Below are positions 17,537 through 27,163 of a stretch of 36,787 nucleotides of DNA, in pieces; the first letter of the stretch is position 1; each line of letters starts with the position of its first letter. The stretch comes from a virus. Its lineage: Duplodnaviria > Heunggongvirae > Uroviricota > Caudoviricetes. The notes under the pieces were generated by a model. That model had not been told where the DNA came from and did no database searches. It worked only from the letters and a program-made list of their open reading frames with translations. Position numbers and translations under genes: made by a program. Where the stretch lies: IMG/VR virus record IMGVR_UViG_2541047684_000007; one strand, given 5' to 3'.

Positions 17537-17578
17537 ATATGTTGCGGAGGCAAAGCCTCCCGCAACATATCTTTTTCG
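17537..17578 (+). terminator. Rho-independent terminator downstream of Q (tR'-like)
   Basis: 14-bp stem ATATGTTGCGGAGG / CCTCCCGCAACATAT with loop CAAAG, followed by CTTTTTCG on the plus strand. Confidence 0.55.
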
Positions 17579-17587
17579 TAAGTCAGA

Positions 17588-18670
17588 TTAGAACTGATAA
17601 ACCAGACCTACAGCGACGATGTCGTCGGTATCAATACCAGCTGTTTTGGTAAACTTACTATCGTCAATTAAGTTGATTTTGTAATCAACAAAAGTGGACA
17701 TGTTTTTATTAAAGTAGTAAGTAGCACCGACATCGACATACTTGACTAAGTCTCGGTCACCATGAACACCAAGGTCTTTACCTTTTGACTGAAGGTAAGC
17801 AACAGATGGACGCAGACCGAAGTCAAACTGATATTGTGCTACTGCTTCAAAGTTTTGTGCTTTGTTTGCAATATGGTTATTATCAAAAACGGTCATATTC
17901 TGAGTTTCAGAATATGTGGTAGCCAGATAGATATTGTTCGCATCATATTTCAGGCCTGCAGCCCATACTTCCGCATTTTTGCCGGAGGCATTGAATTTGC
18001 TCTTACCATAGGCGACCTGACCGTCAGTGCGATCTGATTTAGCATAGGTTGCACCCACGCCGAATCCTTCATACTCATAAGTAGTGGAGAAACCGAAACC
18101 ATCACCATTGGCTTCAGTTACGTCAGTGCGGTCATTTTTACCCTGATACTGAGCAGCAAAGTTCAGGCCATCGACCAGACCAAAGAAGTCGTTGTTACGA
18201 TAAGTTGCAACACCAGTAGTGCGACCAGTCATGAACACATCTGTTTGGGTCCAGGTATCACCACCGAATTCTGGCAGAACGTCAGTCCACGCACCGATGT
18301 CGTATGCTACACCGTAGTTACGGCCGTAATCGATTGAGCCGTAATCACCAAATTTCAGGCCTGCAAATGCAAGACGGGTTTTGTCTTTGGAAGAACCTTG
18401 AGATTCAGCACGGTTGCCTTTGAATTCATATTCCCACTGACCGAAACCAGTCAGTTGATCGTTGATTTGGGTTTCACCTTTGAAGCCAAGACGGGCATAA
18501 GTAGTATCACCATCATCTGCATCATTAGAGGAGAAGTAGTGCTTGGCATTAACTTTCCCGTATAGATCCAGCTTGTTACTGTCTTTATTATAAATTTCAG
18601 CTGCCTGAGCAGACATCGCCATCAGTACTGATGCAGCTACAGCAGAAATTGCCACTGTTAATTTTTTCAT
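17588..18670 (-). CDS. nmpC: Outer-membrane general porin (NmpC/Lc/OmpC family), lysogenic-conversion moron
   Basis: 360 aa from the ATG at 18670. Signal peptide [23 protein letters not shown]. Near-identical to my recollection of DLP12 NmpC, with the typical porin C-terminus ...VAVGLVYQF. Opposite strand to the late operon; very AT-rich upstream region. Confidence 0.85.
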   Translation of the reverse strand: MKKLTVAISAVAASVLMAMSAQAAEIYNKDSNKLDLYGKVNAKHYFSSNDADDGDTTYARLGFKGETQINDQLTGFGQWEYEFKGNRAESQGSSKDKTRLAFAGLKFGDYGSIDYGRNYGVAYDIGAWTDVLPEFGGDTWTQTDVFMTGRTTGVATYRNNDFFGLVDGLNFAAQYQGKNDRTDVTEANGDGFGFSTTYEYEGFGVGATYAKSDRTDGQVAYGKSKFNASGKNAEVWAAGLKYDANNIYLATTYSETQNMTVFDNNHIANKAQNFEAVAQYQFDFGLRPSVAYLQSKGKDLGVHGDRDLVKYVDVGATYYFNKNMSTFVDYKINLIDDSKFTKTAGIDTDDIVAVGLVYQF

Positions 18671-19107
18671 TGTACGCCCTTTTTTTGAACTTTTATTAAA
18701 AAATGATGTCACTGCGCGATAAATATTCATCTAATCAATGTGATTATTTCAAGATGTAAGTTTTAGTTTCTCATTTAATTTGTGAAGTAGATCTCTATTT
18801 TTATCTGAACCTTTTCTATCTAATCCTATTCATGGCTCTTGTCTGAACAAAAATAAATCTATTAGCTAATTTATATTAATGGCACTTATTTATAAGTGCT
18901 CTATAATTCTTTAGCTTAATTTAAACAAACTAAAAATAACATCGGAAATTATTAACTGGTTATTTGTTGAAGTTTTCTTATGCATTTGTGGTGGTGTTTT
19001 GAACACTCGGTGGCATTCTCACAAATATCATTTAGTAGTTTACGTACGTAAAAAATTGGTTATGCTGTTAAGAGTGGTTACTTCGTCACACAGCTTAAAC
19101 CCGCCGT

Positions 19108-19140
19108 CGAGCGGGTTTTTCCATTTTTTGAGTCTCGATA
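19108..19140 (+). terminator. Rho-independent terminator upstream of the lysis genes
   Basis: Stem CCCGC / GCGGG with loop CGTCGA, followed by TTTTTCCATTTTTTG on the plus strand. Confidence 0.5.
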
Positions 19141-19258
19141 TTAGCTGATAACCCAATACCTGAGTTATTCACTGACTCCGAATCTGTTACGTTTCTGCCT
19201 TTATTGCGATACGTAGTATCCCCTTAATTTACACCCGCTTTGTCTGCGAGGTGGGGTT

Positions 19259-19474
19259 ATGAAATCCATGGATAAGTTAACAACGGGTGTCGCCTATGGT
19301 ACCTCAGCAGGTAGTGCCGGGTACTGGTTTTTACAGTTGCTCGATAAAGTCACGCCCTCACAGTGGGCGGCAATAGGTGTGCTGGGTAGCCTGGTATTTG
19401 GCCTGCTGACGTACCTGACAAACCTTTATTTCAAGATTAAAGAAGATAAGCGCAAGGCTGCGAGAGGTGAATAA
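19259..19474 (+). CDS. S: Class II holin (phage 21 S-type pinholin)
   Basis: 71 aa, [71 protein letters not shown]. Two transmembrane segments and a dual-start motif (MKSM). Confidence 0.85.
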
Positions 19475-19971
19475 TGCCTCCATCATTACGAAAAGCCGTT
19501 GCTGCTGCTATTGGTGGCGGAGCAATTGCTATAGCATCAGTGTTAATCACTGGCCCAAGTGGTAACGATGGTCTGGAAGGTGTCAGCTACATACCATACA
19601 AAGATATTGTTGGTGTATGGACTGTATGTCACGGGCATACAGGAAAAGACATCATGCTCGGTAAAACGTATACCAAAGCAGAATGCAAAGCCCTCCTGAA
19701 TAAAGACCTTGCCACGGTCGCCAGACAAATTAACCCGTACATCAAAGTCGATATACCGGAAACAATGCGCGGCGCTCTTTACTCATTCGTTTACAACGTG
19801 GGTGCTGGCAATTTCAGAACATCGACGCTTCTTCGCAAAATAAACCAGGGCGATATCAAAGGCGCATGTGATCAGCTACGTCGCTGGACATATGCTGGCG
19901 GTAAGCAATGGAAAGGTCTCATGACTCGTCGTGAGATTGAGCGTGAAATCTGTTTGTGGGGTCAGCAATGA
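19474..19971 (+). CDS. R: SAR endolysin (lysozyme, phage 21 R-type)
   Basis: 165 aa with N-terminal signal-anchor-release segment ([20 protein letters not shown]) followed by a lysozyme domain. Confidence 0.9.
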   Translation: MPPSLRKAVAAAIGGGAIAIASVLITGPSGNDGLEGVSYIPYKDIVGVWTVCHGHTGKDIMLGKTYTKAECKALLNKDLATVARQINPYIKVDIPETMRGALYSFVYNVGAGNFRTSTLLRKINQGDIKGACDQLRRWTYAGGKQWKGLMTRREIEREICLWGQQ

Positions 19972-20429
19972 ACAGAGTAACCGCGATTATCTCCGCTCTG
20001 GTTATCTGCATCATCGTCTGCCTGTCATGGGCTGTTAATCATTACCGTGATAACGCCATTACCTACAAAGCCCAGCGCGACAAAAATGCCAGAGAACTGA
20101 CGCTGGCGAACGCGGCAATTACTGACATACAGATGCGTCAGCGTGATGTTGCTGCGCTCGATGCAAAATACACGAAGGAGTTAGCTGATGCGAAAGCTGA
20201 AAATGATGCTCTGCGTGATGATGTTGCCGCTGGTCGTCGTCGGTTGCACATCAAAGCAGTCTGTCAGTCAGTGCGTGAAGCCACCACCGCCTCCGGCGTG
20301 GATAATGCAGCCTCCCCCCGACTGGCAGACACCGCTGAACGGGATTATTTCACCCTCAGAGAGAGGCTGATCACTATGCAAAAACAACTGGAAGGAACCC
20401 AGAAGTATATTAATGAGCAGTGCAGATAG
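19968..20429 (+). CDS. Rz: Rz i-spanin
   Basis: ATG at 19968 overlapping the R stop. N-terminal transmembrane segment and coiled-coil, lambda Rz-like. Confidence 0.85.
   Translation: MNRVTAIISALVICIIVCLSWAVNHYRDNAITYKAQRDKNARELTLANAAITDIQMRQRDVAALDAKYTKELADAKAENDALRDDVAAGRRRLHIKAVCQSVREATTASGVDNAASPRLADTAERDYFTLRERLITMQKQLEGTQKYINEQCR
20188..20370 (+). CDS. Rz1: Rz1 o-spanin lipoprotein, embedded in Rz in the +1 frame
   Basis: 60 aa with lipobox LVVVGC and proline-rich region ([16 protein letters not shown]), matching lambda Rz1. Confidence 0.8.
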   Translation: MRKLKMMLCVMMLPLVVVGCTSKQSVSQCVKPPPPPAWIMQPPPDWQTPLNGIISPSERG

Positions 20430-20460
20430 AGCTGCCCATATCGATGGGCAACTCATGCAA

Positions 20461-20754
20461 TTATTGTGAGCAATACACACGCGCTTCCAGCGGAGTATAA
20501 ATGCCTAAAGTAATAAAACCGAGCAATCCATTTACGAATGTTTGCTGGGTTTCTGTTTTAACAACATTTTCTGCACCACCACAAATTTTTGCTGCATCGA
20601 CAGTTTTCTTCTGCCCAATTCCCGAAACGAAGAAATGATGGGTGATGGTTTCCTTTGGTGTTACTGCTGTAGGTTTGTTTCCAACAGTAAACGTCTGTTG
20701 AGCACATCCTGTAATAAGCATTGCCAGAGCGGCAGAAAACAACATTTTTTTCAT
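20461..20754 (-). CDS. bor: Bor lipoprotein (serum-resistance moron)
   Basis: 97 aa from MKKMLFSAALAMLITGC (lipobox), matching lambda Bor. Opposite strand to the late genes. Confidence 0.85.
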   Translation of the reverse strand: MKKMLFSAALAMLITGCAQQTFTVGNKPTAVTPKETITHHFFVSGIGQKKTVDAAKICGGAENVVKTETQQTFVNGLLGFITLGIYTPLEARVYCSQ

Positions 20755-21234
20755 CTTATTATCCTGCATTGTTAAAAACGGCAGAATCCTATGTGACAAC
20801 AATTAAACGATAGTTAAATGGATTGATGAAAATTAAAACTACACAGGTGGGCTCAGACTATTGGAGGAAGTTGGGGACACTCAGAATCCTGTGGAATGAA
20901 ATAAACCGGTCTATCCGTCCATTACCCTTTTAGCTGCGCTGTATCGTCGCCGTATTCCCGCATTAACCATGACCGTAGCCCGACGGGGAATTCCTTCTGC
21001 GTGAGTGTGCGGGAATAATTAAAAACGATGCACACCGGGTTTTTACCGCGTTAATGATTCGCGGGTTTATCCCGGTGCGATGGTGGAAGAAACAGGAAGC
21101 TGTATTACAGAAAGTGCTACTACTGTATCCCGATGCGATGTATGTAATGTGAGTCAGATAATGGCACAGGATGTGGTGATGTGGCAGTCTGGAACACAGG
21201 ATATATTGTCAGAATAAGACCCGTAGGAATAAAA

Positions 21235-21561
21235 ATGAAAAGACGCCTTTTACTACTTTTTCTGTTATCTGTCCTGGCAGTGGGATGCTCGCAGCAAAAA
21301 GCTGATGAGCCCCGGCAATTAGTGACGGTGTATCCACGATATCCGGAATATGCTGCAGCAAATTATATCAAGGGGCTGGTTGAGGTTAAGTTCGATATTG
21401 GTGCTGATGGGACTGTGACACGGATCGTTTTTCTCCGCTCAGAGCCTCATAATTTGTTTCGTGATGAAGTGGTGAAGGCCATGGCGAAATGGCGATTTGA
21501 AAAGAATCGCCCCTGTCAGGGAGTGAAGAGACAATTTATCTTTACGCCGTCACGTCCTTGA
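21235..21561 (+). CDS. Lipoprotein with TonB C-terminal-like domain
   Basis: ATG at 21235 (the track ORF starts at an upstream GTG). Signal peptide and lipobox MKRRLLLLFLLSVLAVGC. The segment VYPRYPEYAAANYIKGLVEVKFDIGADGTVTRIVFLRSEPHNLFRDEVVKAMAKWRFE fits the TonB_C pattern (YP...G.V.V.F.V..DG.V..V.V.......F...A..A...WRF). Confidence 0.6.
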   Translation: MKRRLLLLFLLSVLAVGCSQQKADEPRQLVTVYPRYPEYAAANYIKGLVEVKFDIGADGTVTRIVFLRSEPHNLFRDEVVKAMAKWRFEKNRPCQGVKRQFIFTPSRP

Positions 21562-21683
21562 TGCTTCCAGGTAGAGAGGGGCTGGAAGCAGGAGAAAAAT
21601 GAAAGAGCCAGCGGTTATATTTTTGTCATGGCTGACGAGGAATGATGGAAGAAGGCGTTGTATGCCACACAACGCCTCACTGT

Positions 21684-22037
21684 TCATTTCTTCTTTTTCT
21701 CTGGTGGAACCCGATGAATAAGAGTTGCACTGGTTTCCGATGAGATGGCGATATACTCGGGCAAAGTATGCTGGCAGTTTTCCAACTGGTCAAAAATACC
21801 TGCTCTCGTCTGTTGCAATGCCTGCAGCATGCGGCGGCAATGCGCCTTGCTTTTACTAACCATCTTTCCTTCCTCTATCAGTCGCTGCGTGAACTCATCA
21901 TGGAATACCAGGTAAATGCGGATGTTATCGGTTTTGGCTACGCAGCATAGTACAAAACGGACAGGTGCATCCCGGGACGGGGGAGGCGTCACATGTCCCT
22001 GTGATGGTTGTTCCGGGTAATGTACTGTGTGGGGCAT
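21684..22037 (-). CDS. Hypothetical ORF (uncertain)
   Basis: 117-aa track ORF that overlaps the next minus-strand ORF by about 110 nt in a different frame. Possibly a frameshifted remnant. Confidence 0.3.
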   Translation of the reverse strand: MPHTVHYPEQPSQGHVTPPPSRDAPVRFVLCCVAKTDNIRIYLVFHDEFTQRLIEEGKMVSKSKAHCRRMLQALQQTRAGIFDQLENCQHTLPEYIAISSETSATLIHRVPPEKKKK

Positions 22038-22176
22038 AAAAATGTCCGATAATTTTACTTTCTACCGCAGTTAGTTGATTCGTTGGTCCTGGTAGCACAT
22101 TGGGCGAGGATTTAAATGCCAGGCAACTGAAGGATGATGTCGCAAGGGAGATAGCGAGAATATTTCTGATTTTCAT
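21925..22176 (-). CDS. Hypothetical small secreted protein (uncertain)
   Basis: An internal ATG gives MKIRNILAISLATSSFSCLA (signal-peptide-like) followed by a Cys-containing mature region. Confidence 0.3.
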   Translation of the reverse strand: MKIRNILAISLATSSFSCLAFKSSPNVLPGPTNQLTAVESKIIGHFYAPHSTLPGTTITGTCDASPVPGCTCPFCTMLRSQNR

Positions 22177-22324
22177 TTGATGATGCCTCTGTGTGAAATG
22201 ACGGTAAACGACGCACTTGTGCCGGCACATAATAGCAAGCACCATAATAGATCAGATTCGATTCTTGCTGTAAGTGATAATTATTCTCGTTTTCGGGTCC
22301 TTTCCGTCGATCCAACAGGTTACG

Positions 22325-22512
22325 GGGCGGCGACCTCGCGGTTTTTCACTATTTATGAAAATTTTTCAGGGAAAATCGTGTCGGTACTTCTCGAATATAA
22401 CTTTTTGTTTTTTTTAATATTGCATCCGTAAAGGTCCGACATGAAAGTGTCCGAAAATGCCTTTTTCTGGCGTTTTCATGTCGGGCCTTGTATTTGATAA
22501 TGGGTTGTTTTC
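22325..22512. other. cos site: cosN cohesive-end sequence plus cosB
   Basis: GGGCGGCGACCT at about 22325-22336 is the lambda 12-nt cohesive end, and the flanking sequence parallels the lambda cos region. Inverted repeat GGTCCGACATGAAA / TTTCATGTCGGGCC at about 22433-22487, immediately upstream of nu1. Confidence 0.8.
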
Positions 22513-23061
22513 ATGAAGGTTAATAAAAAGAGGCTTGCCGAAATTTTCAACGTGGACCCGCGGACGATTGAACGCTGGCAGTCTCAGGGACTCCCTTGCG
22601 CCTCCAAAGGTAGTAAGGGCATTGAATCTGTATTTGATACTGCCATGGCAATTCAGTGGTATGCGCAGAGGGAAACTGATATCGAAAACGAAAAGCTCCG
22701 CAAAGAACTGGACGATTTGCGTGCGGCAGCGGAGTCAGATTTACAACCCGGCACCATTGACTATGAACGCTACCGGCTCACAAAAGCGCAGGCAGATGCG
22801 CAGGAACTGAAAAATGCCCGTGAAGACGGAGTAGTGCTGGAAACTGAACTGTTTACCTTCATTCTGCAACGTGTGGCACAGGAGATTTCGGGGATACTTG
22901 TGCGTGTGCCGTTGACATTACAGCGTAAATATCCGGACATTTCACCATCACACCTTGATGTGGTGAAAACTGAAATCGCGAAAGCCTCCAATGTTGCAGC
23001 TAAGGCCGGTGAAAACGTGGGCGGGTGGATCGATGATTTCAGACGCGCAGAAGGCAGCTAA
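22513..23061 (+). CDS. nu1: Terminase small subunit Nu1
   Basis: 182 aa, [28 protein letters not shown]... homologous to lambda Nu1 (MEVNKKQLADIFGASIRTIQNWQEQGMP...). Confidence 0.9.
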
Positions 23062-24961
23062 TGCAGCCGGTGCGATAGCTACAGGGCTTTTATCTCTCAT
23101 TATTCCTGTTCCACTGACGACAGTTCAGTGGGCCAATAAACATTATTACCTTCCTAAAGAGTCGTCTTATACCCCGGGGCGATGGGAAACACTGCCGTTT
23201 CAGGTTGGCATCATGAACTGTATGGGCAACGATCTGATTCGCACGGTTAACCTGATTAAATCTGCCCGTGTTGGTTATACAAAGATGTTGCTGGGAGTGG
23301 AGGCTTATTTTATTGAGCATAAATCACGCAACAGCCTTCTTTTTCAGCCCACGGACTCAGCTGCTGAAGATTTTATGAAATCTCATGTTGAGCCAACGAT
23401 AAGGGATGTTCCTGCATTGCTGGAGCTGGCTCCATGGTTCGGAAGAAAACACCGCGATAATACGCTCACCCTGAAGCGTTTTTCCTCCGGTGTGGGGTTC
23501 TGGTGTCTGGGTGGTGCGGCAGCAAAAAACTACCGTGAAAAATCCGTGGATGTGGTCTGTTATGACGAGCTTTCCTCGTTCGAACCGGATGTTGAAAAAG
23601 AGGGTTCGCCAACCCTGCTGGGGGATAAACGTATTGAGGGCTCTGTATGGCCAAAATCCATTCGCGGCTCGACGCCTAAAATCAAAGGCTCCTGCCAGAT
23701 CGAAAAAGCCGCTAACGAGTCGGCACACTTCATGCGTTTTTATGTGCCCTGTCCGCACTGTGGGGAGGAGCAGTATCTGAAATTTGGCGATGATGCCTCG
23801 CCTTTCGGTCTTAAGTGGGAGAAGAATAAGCCAGAAAGTGTTTTCTACCTTTGTGAGCATCATGGCTGTGTGATCCATCAGTCTGAGCTTGACCAGAGTA
23901 ACGGGCGGTGGATCTGTGAAAACACGGGCATGTGGACCCGTGACGGCCTGATGTTTTTCAGCGCCCGGGGTGATGAAATTCCGCCGCCGCGCTCCATCAC
24001 TTTCCATATCTGGACGGCGTACAGTCCGTTCACCACCTGGGTACAGATTGTCTATGACTGGCTGGATGCACTGAAAGATCCCAACGGCCTGAAAACCTTT
24101 GTGAACACCACGCTGGGCGAGACCTGGGAAGAGGCTGTGGGCGAAAAACTCGATCACCAGGTGCTGATGGATAAGGTTGTGCGTTACACGGCGGCGGTGC
24201 CTGCCCGGGTGGTTTATCTGACGGCGGGCATTGACTCGCAGCGAAACCGTTTTGAGATGTATGTCTGGGGATGGGCTCCGGGAGAGGAAGCCTTTCTGGT
24301 GGATAAAATCATCATTATGGGGCGTCCCGATGAGGAAGAGACGCTGTTACGTGTGGATGCGGCGATCAACAAAAAATACCGCCATGCGGATGGCACCGAA
24401 ATGACCATTTCCCGTGTCTGCTGGGACACCGGGGGGATCGATGGTGAAATCGTCTACCAGAGGTCAAAAAAACACGGTGTTTTCCGTGTGCTGCCGGTAA
24501 AAGGCGCGTCTGTCTATGGCAAGCCGGTGATCACCATGCCGAAAACCCGCAATCAGCGGGGCGTTTATCTGTGTGAAGTGGGGACGGACACCGCAAAAGA
24601 AATTCTCTATGCCCGTATGAAAGCCGAGCCCACGCCTGCGGATGAAGCCACGTCGTATGCCATCCGTTTTCCTGATGATCCGGAGATTTTTTCGCAGACA
24701 GAGGCGCAGCAACTGGTCGCGGAAGAGCTTGTGGAGAAGTGGGAAAAAGGAAAGATGCGTCTGCTGTGGGATAACAAAAAGCGGCGTAACGAAGCGCTGG
24801 ACTGCCTGGTGTATGCCTACGCGGCATTACGTGTGTCCGTGCAACGCTGGCAGCTTGATCTGGCTGTACTGGCAAAATCCCGGGAAGAAGAGACGACCCG
24901 GCCAACCCTTAAAGAACTGGCAGCGAAGCTGTCCGGAGGAGTGAATGGTTACAGTCGCTGA
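23033..24961 (+). CDS. A: Terminase large subunit A
   Basis: About 642 aa from the ATG at 23033, overlapping the Nu1 3' end as in lambda. Extensive similarity to lambda gpA (YYLPKES...GRWETLPFQ...KSARVGY...). Confidence 0.9.
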
Positions 24962-25151
24962 ACTGCAGGCGCTGCGTCAGGCGCGCCTTGATTTATTAAC
25001 CGGTAAACGGGTGGTGTCTGTCCAGAAAGATGGTCGAAGAATTGAATATACGGCGGCCTCTCTGGATGAGCTTAACCGGGCGATCAATGATGCGGAGTTG
25101 GTACTGGGGACAACCCGCCGTCGCCGTCGTCCGCTGGGAGTGAGGTTATGA
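24945..25151 (+). CDS. W: Head-tail joining protein W (copy 1)
   Basis: 68 aa, homologous to lambda W (...LLTGKRVVSVQKDGRRIEYTAASLDEL...). Confidence 0.85.
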   Translation: MVTVAELQALRQARLDLLTGKRVVSVQKDGRRIEYTAASLDELNRAINDAELVLGTTRRRRRPLGVRL

Positions 25152-26233
25152 AACGAACGCCTGTCCTGATTGATGTGAACGGCGTTCCGCTTCGTGAGAG
25201 TCTCAGCTACAACGGGGGCGGCGCAGGATTTGGCGGGCAAATGGCGGAGTGGTTGCCACCAGCGCAGAGTGCCGATGCAGCCCTGCTGCCTGCGTTGCGT
25301 CTGGGGAATGCCCGGGCAGATGATCTGGTGCGCAATAACGGGATAGCGGCTAATGCGGTGGCTCTGCATAAGGATCACATTGTCGGGCATATGTTTCTGA
25401 TCAGCTACCGTCCGAACTGGCGCTGGCTGGGGATGCGGGAGACCGCGGCAAAAAGCTTTGTCGATGAGGTGGAGGCGGCCTGGTCGGAATACGCCGAAGG
25501 GATGTTTGGCGAGATCGACGTGGAAGGAAAACGCACGTTCACGGAATTTATCCGTGAAGGTGTGGGCGTTCATGCGTTTAACGGCGAAATCTTTGTGCAG
25601 CCGGTCTGGGATACGGAAACCACGCAGTTATTCCGTACGCGTTTTAAAGCCGTGAGTCCGAAACGGGTGGACACGCCAGGACACGGTATGGGGAACCGTT
25701 TTCTGCGGGCCGGTGTGGAGGTCGATCGATATGGTCGTGCCGTTGCGTACCATATCTGTGAGGATGATTTTCCGTTCTCTGGTAGTGGACGATGGGAACG
25801 GATCCCGCGTGAACTTCCCACCGGGCGTCCGGCCATGCTGCATATTTTCGAGCCGGTGGAGGACGGGCAGACCCGTGGGGCTAATCAGTTTTACAGCGTC
25901 ATGGAACGGCTGAAGATGCTCGATTCCCTGCAGGCAACACAGCTTCAGTCGGCCATAGTGAAGGCGATGTATGCAGCGACGATTGAAAGTGAACTTGATA
26001 CCGAAAAGGCCTTTGAATATATCGCCGGCGCGCCACAGGAGCAGAAGGATAATCCGCTTATTAATATTCTGGAGAAGTTCTCCAGCTGGTATGACACGAA
26101 TAACGTGACACTGGGCGGTGTCAAAATTCCGCACCTTTTCCCTGGTGATGATCTGAAACTACAGACTGCGCAGGATTCATGGATAAGGTCGTGCATTACA
26201 CGGCGGCGGTGCCTGCCCGGGTGGTTTATCTGA
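25148..26233 (+). pseudogene. B: Truncated portal gene B (N-terminal ~344 codons), interrupted at the duplication junction
   Basis: Identical in-frame to the first ~344 aa of the intact portal at 27160..28752, then diverges at about 26179/26180 into out-of-frame terminase-A sequence, ending at a stop at 26233. Confidence 0.7.
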
Positions 26234-26973
26234 CGGCGGGCATTGACTCGCAGCGAAACCGTTTTGAGATGTATGTCTGGGGATGGGCACCGGGAGAGGA
26301 AGCTTTTCTGGTGGATAAAATCATCATTATGGGGCGTCCTGATGAGGAAGAGACGCTGTTACGTGTGGATGCGGCGATCAACAAAAAATACCGCCATGCA
26401 GACGGAACCGAAATGACCATTTCCCGTGTCTGCTGGGACATCGGGGGGATCGATGGCGAAATCGTTTATCAGAGGTCAAAAAAACACGGTGTTTTCCGGG
26501 TGCTGCCGGTAAAAGGCGCGTCTGTCTATGGCAAGCCGGTGATCACCATGCCGAAAACCCGCAATCAGCGGGGCGTTTATCTGTGTGAAGTGGGGACGGA
26601 CACCGCAAAAGAAATTCTCTATGCCCGTATGAAAGCCGAGCCCACGCCTGCGGATGAAGCCACGTCGTATGCCATCCGTTTTCCTGATGATCCGGAGATT
26701 TTTTCGCAGACAGAGGCGCAGCAACTGGTCGCGGAAGAGCTTGTGGAGAAGTGGGAAAAAGGAAAGATGCGTCTGCTGTGGGATAACAAAAAGCGGCGTA
26801 ACGAAGCGCTGGACTGCCTGGTGTATGCCTACGCGGCATTACGTGTGTCCGTGCAACGCTGGCAGCTTGATCTGGCTGTACTGGCAAAATCCCGGGAAGA
26901 AGAGACGACCCGGCCAACCCTTAAAGAACTGGCAGCGAAGCTGTCCGGAGGAGTGAATGGTTACAGTCGCTGA
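26179..26973 (+). pseudogene. Terminase A 3' fragment (C-terminal ~264 codons) from duplication copy 2
   Basis: Track ORF beginning [25 protein letters not shown]..., which is the C-terminal part of A (compare [12 protein letters not shown]... in the intact A). An ATG at 26179-26181 is formed at the junction with AGGA 4 nt upstream. Confidence 0.7.
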
Positions 26974-27163
26974 ACTGCAGGCGCTGCGTCAGGCGCGCCT
27001 TGATTTATTAACCGGTAAACGGGTGGTGTCTGTCCAGAAAGATGGACGAAGAATTGAATATACGGCGGCCTCTCTGGATGAGCTTAACCGGGCGATCAAT
27101 GATGCGGAGTCGGTACTGGGGACAACCCGGTGTCGCCGTCGTCCGCTGGGAGTGAGGTTATGA
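26957..27163 (+). CDS. W: Head-tail joining protein W (copy 2)
   Basis: 68 aa, differing from copy 1 at two residues (ESVLGTTRCRRRP versus ELVLGTTRRRRRP). Confidence 0.8.
   Translation: MVTVAELQALRQARLDLLTGKRVVSVQKDGRRIEYTAASLDELNRAINDAESVLGTTRCRRRPLGVRL

Noticed and set aside
22433-22487. Near-perfect 14-bp inverted repeat (GGTCCGACATGAAA ... TTTCATGTCGGGCC) as a possible novel regulatory element or transposon end
   Set aside because: It sits in the cosB region between cosN and the nu1 start, where terminase small-subunit binding sites are expected. Best explained as part of cos, and included in the cos feature.
23357-24157. Long antisense ORFs inside structural genes (23357..24157, 25628..26134, 28757..29332, 29542..29853, 35624..36202, 36242..36772, all minus strand)
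   Set aside because: They lie entirely opposite well-supported, GC-rich lambda-homologous structural genes (A, B, C, H). Long stop-free antisense frames are expected in GC-rich coding sequence, and none has a start context or homology.
24214-26441. Identical 71-aa minus-strand ORFs at 24214..24429 and 26226..26441, as a possible duplicated gene
   Set aside because: They are antisense to terminase A sequence and identical only because they fall inside the two copies of the 2,012-bp duplication. They are not independent genes.
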